From contig JAAOYF010000045.1 in assembly GCA_018221205.1 (NCBI GenBank), positions 3,264 to 67,263 of the forward strand: a DNA stretch of 64,000 nucleotides, in the 5' to 3' direction. The DNA comes from Candidatus Woesearchaeota archaeon (GTDB taxonomy: Archaea > Nanobdellota > Nanobdellia > Woesearchaeales > WJIZ01). Each line of letters opens with the position of its first letter. Within the stretch, counting starts at the first letter, position 1. The notes under the pieces are model-generated. The model worked only from the letters and a program-made list of their open reading frames with translations, was not told the DNA's origin and did no database searches. Made by a program: the position numbers and the translations under genes. This document shows positions 57,068 through 64,000 of the stretch, in pieces.

Positions 57068-57373
57068 TTATCCAAATAAGGCGCCCAATCCGGCAGCAGC
57101 CTGCTCTTCAGACTTCTTATCGTCTGCTGCCTTCTCCTTCTTCTCTGCTGGTTTGTCAGCAGCGGCAGGAGCAGCGGCAGGAGCAGCGGCAACAGCTACA
57201 GAAGCTTTTTCGATCGCTTCATCGATGTTAACGCCTTCGAGGCTGGCCACCAAGGCCTTTACACGGGCATCATCTGTTTTGACGCCTGCACTTTCAAGCA
57301 CTTTTTTGACAGTGGCTTCATCAACTTTGCCACCTGCTTTGTGGATCAACATTGCTGCATATATATATTCCAT
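57068..57373 (-). CDS. rpl12: Ribosomal stalk protein P1/L12
   Basis: [11 protein letters not shown]..Ala hinge..AAGLGALFG. Confidence 0.97.
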   Translation of the reverse strand: MEYIYAAMLIHKAGGKVDEATVKKVLESAGVKTDDARVKALVASLEGVNIDEAIEKASVAVAAAPAAAPAAADKPAEKKEKAADDKKSEEQAAAGLGALFG

Positions 57374-57387
57374 TTTAATACCTCCAA

Positions 57388-58434
57388 TTAGGATTGTTCC
57401 TTTGTTTCTTTTTTCTCCTCAGGCTTATCAGCCTTTGGCTCTTCTTTCTTCTCCTCTGATCTCTCTTCAGTCTTCTCCTGGGCCTCGGGTTTCTGCTCTT
57501 TTGGAGCTTCTTCCTTTTTTGGCTCTTCTTTCGGAGTTTCAGGTTTGGGCTCTTCTTTCGGAGCCTCTTCCTTAGGAGCATCAGGGATATTAGCTGTCTG
57601 CTTTAATGATTGCATCTGGTTTTCTGCTTTAGCGAGTAACTCTGCTGTCACTGCATCAGCCATGAAATTCGCCTCTAAAGCGAGTGCTTTAGAATCTCTG
57701 AATGCCTTTGCGACAAGCTCTGGCATCAGTTCCTTTGTCAGATGGCCAATGTCCATAGCAAGATTCCTTGCCCAGCTAGCTGCTTGCTGTAGATCGGCCA
57801 TGAATCGATCTTCATCAACATCCAATACTTTTCGATCATAAATCGTTCCTGCCTCATAGATCCCTGTTATGTCCAAACCGATCTCCATGGGCTTGATGTC
57901 GAGCCTTGCCAAGACGCTCGCGACATTTGCCTGGATCACTTCGCCTTCCTTGACAACGACAGAATCTTCTTTGATGGCGACCTTTCCGTTTTCCACGCCT
58001 GTCTTGATGCCTATCTGGCCCAGCTCTCCGATAATGGGGCCGGGCATGAATGGGGTGGTGCCTGCCTTGACCATGATGTCTTTCGGAGCCTTCTGTCCTG
58101 CTTTGGCAACGGCTGGAGATTTTGACTTCTTGATTATCTTGTAAATAGCAAAGGGGTTTTCTTTCGTGAATAAAAGTGCGGGCATGCCATCCAAGCGTTC
58201 AACAAGGGTGTTGATGCCTTTTTTTGATTTCTCAGCCTCTTCGAACGCTAATTTCATCAATCTTCGCTTTGCCATGAATATCTCTGCTTTTCCTCTTAGC
58301 TTGGCACGCATGGTCTGGACAGCGCTTGCAGGCAGATTCTCCATGTTGACAGCGCCGATTATAGGAGCATCTACAATAAGCTTCACGAGCTTCTTTACCA
58401 GCTCTTTCTTATACGATGCTGCTTTTGTTTTCAT
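57388..58434 (-). CDS. rpl10: Ribosomal protein P0/L10 with K/E/P-rich tail
   Basis: [29 protein letters not shown]. Confidence 0.95.
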   Translation of the reverse strand: MKTKAASYKKELVKKLVKLIVDAPIIGAVNMENLPASAVQTMRAKLRGKAEIFMAKRRLMKLAFEEAEKSKKGINTLVERLDGMPALLFTKENPFAIYKIIKKSKSPAVAKAGQKAPKDIMVKAGTTPFMPGPIIGELGQIGIKTGVENGKVAIKEDSVVVKEGEVIQANVASVLARLDIKPMEIGLDITGIYEAGTIYDRKVLDVDEDRFMADLQQAASWARNLAMDIGHLTKELMPELVAKAFRDSKALALEANFMADAVTAELLAKAENQMQSLKQTANIPDAPKEEAPKEEPKPETPKEEPKKEEAPKEQKPEAQEKTEERSEEKKEEPKADKPEEKKETKEQS

Positions 58435-59251
58435 CTTCGGTTTCAGGCTTTGATTCTATGTTAGGAGCAGGTTTTTCTTCAGGTTTGGCCTTTACTTCTT
58501 TCTTAGGTTTTGTCTCGGGATCGGCCTTTGCTTTCTTCTTAGGAGTAGGTTTTTTCTTAGGCTTCTCCTTCGGTGCTTCTTTCTCTTGCGGCTTATACTC
58601 TTCGCCTACTTTGAACGCCTGGCCCATGGTCATCTTCAGATAGACTTCCCGGATGTTATGGATATCACTAGGAAGGGCGTGGACCAATGCATTGTAGAGT
58701 GTCATGATATTATCTATGATATGTTCTTCATCCATCTCCTCTGTCCCTACGCGAGACTGGAAGATTGGAGCAGCATCTATCCGTATCCTGACTGTCTTCT
58801 GCAGCTTTTCTGCTACAGCCTGTAGGTTCGCATTAGGGGGAACGACACAGCCTGCTTTTGGATTAGGCATCTTTCCTCTCGGACCCAATGACCTACCGAA
58901 GGATGTAGCTACCTGAGGCATGATATTTGCCTGCGCCACAAAGAATGTATGTTCTTTAGCAAGCTTTTTCAGCACTTTCTTATCACTGAATTTTGAGAAA
59001 TCAGTTGCTGTGATAGACTTATCGAAATGCTTTTCAGCCTGATCCTTCAATTCTGGACCGACTAATCCGCAGATCTTGGTCTTCTTTCCTGTGCTGAAAT
59101 GGAGCTGGGCAAAGACATCTACCTTGTTATCCTGTTTCTTCAGATCAATGTCTTTGAGATTAACGACTATGTCTATGCTCTGCTTGAAATTCCGTTTAGG
59201 AGAATTATCTTTGATGATCTTTAAGGTCTGTTTTACTTGTGCTTTATCCAT
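58409..59251 (-). CDS. rpl1: Ribosomal protein L1 with K/E/P-rich tail
   Basis: RNFKQSIDI, GRSLGPRGKMP, KMTMG. Confidence 0.96.
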   Translation of the reverse strand: MDKAQVKQTLKIIKDNSPKRNFKQSIDIVVNLKDIDLKKQDNKVDVFAQLHFSTGKKTKICGLVGPELKDQAEKHFDKSITATDFSKFSDKKVLKKLAKEHTFFVAQANIMPQVATSFGRSLGPRGKMPNPKAGCVVPPNANLQAVAEKLQKTVRIRIDAAPIFQSRVGTEEMDEEHIIDNIMTLYNALVHALPSDIHNIREVYLKMTMGQAFKVGEEYKPQEKEAPKEKPKKKPTPKKKAKADPETKPKKEVKAKPEEKPAPNIESKPETEDENKSSIV

Positions 59252-59345
59252 CTTCTCGCCCCTGCTAGCTGCGTGCAGTTAGTTTACGGGTATTACTGCT
59301 CTAGTCAAGGATTGAGAAGGGGTATATAAAGATTACGGATAAGGA

Positions 59346-59696
59346 TTAGAGGTATGGTTGAATATTCTTATGGGCTTCTCGGATTAACTCTGGACGACAT
59401 TCTCCATATGTAAATCCTGTTAAGGCTTCTGCGTCTCGAATGCCCAAAAATGACCATGCAAAGCGTGCTACTGCCTCTTGATAAGGATCATATGAACTTG
59501 TAGAAACATAACTTATGCCCCTGAGACCTTCGATAGCTTCATCCACGAATCTGTTCAAAATCATGCGATCCCCTGTAGAAAGATGCATCCGAAATCCATT
59601 TCTCACTAGAAGGTATGCTTTTCTCTTGAATTCTGATCTATATCTGCATGCTATTGCATGGATATCAATTTTCCTCACAAAACCTTCTAAGTCCAT
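59346..59696 (-). CDS. Hypothetical protein
   Basis: 116-aa ORF starting just downstream of a TATA-containing repeat. Confidence 0.6.
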   Translation of the reverse strand: MDLEGFVRKIDIHAIACRYRSEFKRKAYLLVRNGFRMHLSTGDRMILNRFVDEAIEGLRGISYVSTSSYDPYQEAVARFAWSFLGIRDAEALTGFTYGECRPELIREAHKNIQPYL

Positions 59697-59703
59697 AGTC
59701 GAG

Positions 59704-59728
59704 AAGAATGAATATCAGTATATAAAAT
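59704..59728. repeat. 25-bp direct repeat, copy 1 (contains a minus-strand TATA)
   Basis: AAGAATGAATATCAGTATATAAAAT, identical to 61502-61526. Confidence 0.9.
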
Positions 59729-61461
59729 CAGGTGGCATATTGAACAAAATTCTTCTGTAAGAATGCTGAGACTTTTTCATCGCCGAGTCTGTCTGTTATT
59801 CTTTTTGCGCCTAGTGCAGATGTTAAATCTGCTTTTACAGTATCTCGTCTTGCATCTGCTATATCCAGAAATGCTAATCCGACAGCATATTGTCGGATTT
59901 CTGTTGGAGCTTCTTGTTCTTTTTCAAAATCGAAAATTGGAGTAGGGTCATCTATATTGTACAGGTACTCAGCACCATTTTCTAGTCTGTGTTCTGCAAT
60001 TCTTTCATAAATACTTGGTGCGGCTGATCTAGGATCCCAATCGTGAGCAGCGAGGATAACATGTACTGGATCAACATCTTCTCTTTTTACATCACTCTCT
60101 TTAAAGGGACCCCAATATGAATCGACTAGTCTTTCTACATAATGTATTAGATTACTATCACCATCAAGCCTTTGAACTAAATCCTTAAATCCGTCTAACT
60201 CCATCAATTCATGGGCTATCATAGTTTTGCCCATAAACCGATATCGATTTCCGCGTTCTTCTGATCGTGCTGCTTCTGCCCTTCTTTCATCTCTTCGTGA
60301 TTGGTACGTTTTATACTCTGAATCGATAGCCTGTAGGCTTCTTTTATCTCCTAATGATCCATATGCTTCTTTTACAAAATTGACTCCTGTATGCAAGTAA
60401 AAAGAGTCTCCTCCCTCTTTCATCACTTGTTGAGCGTGCTGATGGGTCCTGATAGCTGCACTCCTAAGCGTTTCACCCTCTAAGTCCATCAAGATACGCT
60501 TGAAATGCGCAGATTCCATAAGGATTAATCCATCTGCGTCTGTCATCTTCTCATGCAATCGTGTTAAGACTTTTTCATAATCAAATTCAGTCTGAGTTGC
60601 TACTCGCAATGCATATTCCCAGGCATATCTCCCTTTTTCCCCTAGTTGCCTTGCTATCTTGACGACTTCTTCTTTGACTTTTTCATCCATCTTTAATGCA
60701 CTTTCTGCATATACCTCAGCCAAAGTGTACATTTTTCTTTCTATAAGGTGGTGTGAAATAGCAATATAATCAGTAGCAGTTTGCTCTAGCGTTGGCTTAA
60801 TTCTCTGAAGAATCTCAGCGACTGGTGCCTTATCATAAGTGCTCGGGTAGGCGAACCAATTACATAATAGATCTTCACTACGCATCCAAAGCATTTCTCT
60901 ATTTTGAACAGACACTCCTGGCTCCCTTCCTAATTTTTCAAAGAATTTCAAAGCTTGATTTAATGCCTCTGGAGATGGATGGTCTTCCATGTAAGTTTGT
61001 GCTATCTCTGCACGACGGTCATCATCAATATCTTCTGTTTGTTCAAATAGGGATATGATTGTTTCGAGAGGTTTGTAGGATATTACACCATTTTCCCATT
61101 GTGGATGGAGAAAATCATGAGCGATTTCTTTTACCTTATCTTTTCTTCCGATTTGTGAAAATATTTCGGCCTGATATTCCTTATGTACTGCTGATATCCT
61201 CTGTACAGCGACCTCTTTGGCTTCTTCTGGAAGGAGTGCATATAACGCACCGATTCTTTCAGCAACAAAATCAATGGCTATTCCTCCTTGAGAGAGTCGT
61301 TCTACGAGATAATTAATGCCATGTTGAGCGATTCCAGTTCGTTCATCTTCATCAAACATAGAAAGATCTGGAGCAGTTTTTATATCGCCTGCCCTCTTCA
61401 CAGCTGATGCTGCAGCACCCATGGTCTGGAGTAAAAACTTTGGTATAGTCATATGTATCAA
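59728..61461 (-). CDS. Hypothetical alpha-helical (TPR-like) protein
   Basis: 577-aa ORF with helical repeat-like composition; GAGGAG SD-like motif upstream. Confidence 0.7.
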   Translation of the reverse strand: MIHMTIPKFLLQTMGAAASAVKRAGDIKTAPDLSMFDEDERTGIAQHGINYLVERLSQGGIAIDFVAERIGALYALLPEEAKEVAVQRISAVHKEYQAEIFSQIGRKDKVKEIAHDFLHPQWENGVISYKPLETIISLFEQTEDIDDDRRAEIAQTYMEDHPSPEALNQALKFFEKLGREPGVSVQNREMLWMRSEDLLCNWFAYPSTYDKAPVAEILQRIKPTLEQTATDYIAISHHLIERKMYTLAEVYAESALKMDEKVKEEVVKIARQLGEKGRYAWEYALRVATQTEFDYEKVLTRLHEKMTDADGLILMESAHFKRILMDLEGETLRSAAIRTHQHAQQVMKEGGDSFYLHTGVNFVKEAYGSLGDKRSLQAIDSEYKTYQSRRDERRAEAARSEERGNRYRFMGKTMIAHELMELDGFKDLVQRLDGDSNLIHYVERLVDSYWGPFKESDVKREDVDPVHVILAAHDWDPRSAAPSIYERIAEHRLENGAEYLYNIDDPTPIFDFEKEQEAPTEIRQYAVGLAFLDIADARRDTVKADLTSALGAKRITDRLGDEKVSAFLQKNFVQYAT

Positions 61462-61501
61462 ACTCCTCAGAAATCTGAGGTTTTACCCTCTTTTTTAACG
61501 C

Positions 61502-61526
61502 AAGAATGAATATCAGTATATAAAAT
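61502..61526. repeat. 25-bp direct repeat, copy 2
   Basis: AAGAATGAATATCAGTATATAAAAT. Confidence 0.9.
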
Positions 61527-61533
61527 TACTGAA

Positions 61534-62280
61534 CTATAATTTAAACACGTCTAATGGTTCTGGCAGAATCACTTTTATCGTGGAATCTTTCATCGCTTTC
61601 TTGATCTCTTCTTTCTTATCTCTGCGGCAGCTTCTATGGATATGAGTCAATGCTAATGCTCGAATCTTTCTTCTCTCTGCCATCTCGATTGTTTTCTTGA
61701 TCGATGAATGGCCTTGCTTTTCCTGTTCGAAGAAAAACGTCTCCTGGATCAATAGATCGCAGTTCTCATAGAGCTTCTCTGTCTCTGGGGTAAATTGGCC
61801 ATCGCCGGAATAGCAGACAGAATGCTTATTGTCAGTCACCCTTACTGCAAGATTAGGGACAGGATGGATAGTAGGGGCAAAGGTCAATTTCAGCTCGTTC
61901 AACGTGAGATCCTCTCCTGCTTGCACTTCGATGATGCTGAAAGGAAAAGTAAATCGTTCTTGCAGTTTGCTATAGCCTAATTTTATTATCTCTTCGATGA
62001 GCTTCTTTACCCCTTTTTGGCAGACTATGGTCAGTTTTTTTGTTCTCTGCTCTTCTGCCATCCTCACCAGTAAGGCTGGCAGGCCAAAATAATGGTCTGC
62101 ATGCCTATGGGAGATGTAGATCGCGTCAAGAAAATCTCTCTCGTCAGTATACTTCCATAATTGCCTCGGTACGGAATAGCCGCAGTCTAAAAGAAGATTA
62201 GTCTTTGAATGGATAAGATGAGAATTATTCGGAAAGCGTTCATCAGCTGCCTCTCCTACACCGATATGGATTAGTTTCAT
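61534..62280 (-). CDS. Metallo-beta-lactamase fold hydrolase (RNase Z-like)
   Basis: LLDCG, ISHRHADH, YSGD, GHSS, LTHIH. Confidence 0.88.
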   Translation of the reverse strand: MKLIHIGVGEAADERFPNNSHLIHSKTNLLLDCGYSVPRQLWKYTDERDFLDAIYISHRHADHYFGLPALLVRMAEEQRTKKLTIVCQKGVKKLIEEIIKLGYSKLQERFTFPFSIIEVQAGEDLTLNELKLTFAPTIHPVPNLAVRVTDNKHSVCYSGDGQFTPETEKLYENCDLLIQETFFFEQEKQGHSSIKKTIEMAERRKIRALALTHIHRSCRRDKKEEIKKAMKDSTIKVILPEPLDVFKL

Positions 62281-63362
62281 CCTGCTAGAGAAGGGATGGG
62301 GATATATATAGGTTTTCTTCTTTCCAATTGATTATATATCACCCCCACAATACTTTCTACTCCATTTTCTGGATGATAGGTATTCAATGGCAAAACAGTC
62401 CGCGGATTTCCAAACCTTTCGAGAGCATTACTAAGTTCTCTTTGCAGCTCTTCTTTGTTTTTTGCGATAGGCACCCGAGATTCAAATACATCTGCCCTTA
62501 TTGTATCACCCGGCCATGGCTGATAGCTCACACCAGGCACATCCGCAATACTTGCGTCAAGAAGTGTTGTTGAATAGGAACTTACAGCAACATCAGAGTT
62601 TGCAATGATAGTTATACAATCCCCTTGAACAAAGGGTATCCCTTCTGATCTGGCTCTTTCGAAGTGAGATTCGTTTGATTGTCCATGTTTCTTTATCTGA
62701 AACTTCACTTCTTGACCTAACCTTCTTATTGCATCCATAACCCCATCAAGAAATTGGCCTTGAGAATAAGGGCCTATTCTCAGAATCCCTCTTTCATAGT
62801 CAAGCTCGAAAGGACAGTCAAGATAAGTGACTACTGGAGTTTCATTAGCAGTAGCTGAAGCTCTTTTAACTCTTTCATATACCCCATCGAAATGAGGATT
62901 TCCAACTTCAATGAATGCCTGCGGATCGATTCCATGATCCTGCATATACGTATGGGTCGCGGGGTCTGTTATCAGTATTTTTGTTGGTAGCAATAACTGC
63001 CCATCAAGACGTTCAGAGAATTTGGCTAAACCAATCTGCCCCCCCATATCGGGTATGAGCATAAGATAGGTCGTATCGAGCTCACGGCATAAGCGCATCA
63101 GGGTATTTTCTGAGGGTTCCCGATAGGATTTGCCGCTCAGTACGAGGTCTGCCTGTTCTACCAACTGTCTTGCTTCTTCTTCGAAGGAGGCTTCTATCAA
63201 TTGATAATCTATCCCCATCTGATCCAATGTTGCTGCTCCAAATCCATCGTTAATGACTAGAAGTTCAAGTGAGGTATCTTGGCGTAAGGTATCTATTACG
63301 GGTTTAAGAGCCCGAGCAGCTAAAACTTCGCTTAGTAAGATAAGAATTTTTTCTTTTGACAT
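62277..63362 (-). CDS. GT-B fold surface-glycan biosynthesis protein
   Basis: VGNPHFD, IKKH, SDVAVSSYSTTLLDASIADVP. Confidence 0.7.
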   Translation of the reverse strand: MSKEKILILLSEVLAARALKPVIDTLRQDTSLELLVINDGFGAATLDQMGIDYQLIEASFEEEARQLVEQADLVLSGKSYREPSENTLMRLCRELDTTYLMLIPDMGGQIGLAKFSERLDGQLLLPTKILITDPATHTYMQDHGIDPQAFIEVGNPHFDGVYERVKRASATANETPVVTYLDCPFELDYERGILRIGPYSQGQFLDGVMDAIRRLGQEVKFQIKKHGQSNESHFERARSEGIPFVQGDCITIIANSDVAVSSYSTTLLDASIADVPGVSYQPWPGDTIRADVFESRVPIAKNKEELQRELSNALERFGNPRTVLPLNTYHPENGVESIVGVIYNQLERRKPIYIPIPSLAG

Positions 63363-63478
63363 GGTAACTCCGAACGTTAGATATGTCTAGCAGACTCATT
63401 ATTGATTTATATATTATATCTGAATTATTTTTGTAAAAACAGAATATTTTTATATAATAACTATAATATTACAAAGAT

Positions 63479-64000
63479 ATGGATCAAATCTTCAGATTAT
63501 CGGGAAACGAGCTCTCTGTTCTCCGCCAATTGGAGTCAAACGCGCGGATGTCTTACTCGACAATCGGCAAGAAAACAAGAAAAAGCCAGCAGCGGGTAAG
63601 CTATGCTGTGGCATCAATGGTAAAGAAAGGCATCATCACAAAATTGTATCCGTTGATTGATTATGCCAAATTAGGAATCTTGAGCTTCCGGGTTTACTTC
63701 AAGCTCTCCTATAAAAGCGAGCGTGAAGTGAAGGAATTTGTCGATCATCTTGCTTCCCGGAACTTTACATACTGGATTGCCCATACTGGTGGAGTATATG
63801 ATTTAATTTGTACCTTCTTTTCACCGAATGTTTCGCAGTTTTATAAGAATTTACGTCGGGTTATGGCGACATTTCCTACACTCATCCGTGACTATGCTGT
63901 GCTTACCACAATCGTCACCAGGAGATTCGGCAGAAAATATCTCAGAGTCGATGATCCTTCGAAGATAATCTATCTCGGCGGTGATCGTCCGAGGGAAGAG
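63479..64000 (+). CDS. Lrp/AsnC-family regulator (3'-truncated, not in ORF track)
   Basis: Manual translation LRQLESNARMSYSTIGKKTRKSQQRVSY..GII..IDYAKLG. Confidence 0.85.
   Translation, partial: MDQIFRLSGNELSVLRQLESNARMSYSTIGKKTRKSQQRVSYAVASMVKKGIITKLYPLIDYAKLGILSFRVYFKLSYKSEREVKEFVDHLASRNFTYWIAHTGGVYDLICTFFSPNVSQFYKNLRRVMATFPTLIRDYAVLTTIVTRRFGRKYLRVDDPSKIIYLGGDRPREE

Noticed and set aside
57155-57195. GCAGCGGCAGGA repeats
   Set aside because: Normal Ala/Pro hinge of ribosomal P1/L12.
1-64000. CRISPR arrays, rRNA, transposases, integrases, prophage genes
   Set aside because: No regularly spaced repeats or recognisable motifs found.

Overview
Core-genome segment of an archaeon, most likely a DPANN/Woesearchaeota-type organism (inferred from eukaryote-like r-proteins S19e/L39e/L31e/L37e/P0/P1, Cbf5, Lsm, TATA-box promoters, BHB-intron tRNAs, class III signal peptides and DPANN-like hypotheticals). 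It encodes translation genes, three intron-containing tRNAs, a purine/pyrimidine cluster (purB/C/E/L/Q/S, pyrG, carAB), folC, grpE-dnaK-dnaJ, NAD/FAD/lipoate genes and mgtE. No CRISPR, rRNA, integrase or transposase was seen. Five observations stand out. (1) An intact, translationally coupled rnfD-E-A-B' operon has lost the RnfA/E Fe-S cysteines and the RnfD FMN loop, and rnfC/rnfG are absent from it. (2) An NDP kinase is fused to an ADP-ribosyltransferase (Tpt1/KptA-like) domain and sits next to a stand-alone paralogue of that domain, inside the purine cluster. (3) A dual-nucleotidyltransferase-HEPN protein is followed by four tandem paralogues of one unknown family. (4) A receptor-like HerA/VirB4 ATPase with an ectodomain is clustered with a pilin, small 2-TM proteins and a prepilin peptidase. 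(5) Several further pseudo-enzymes occur (ProA, two HITs, a flavodoxin). All family assignments are by motif recognition only; no searches were run.
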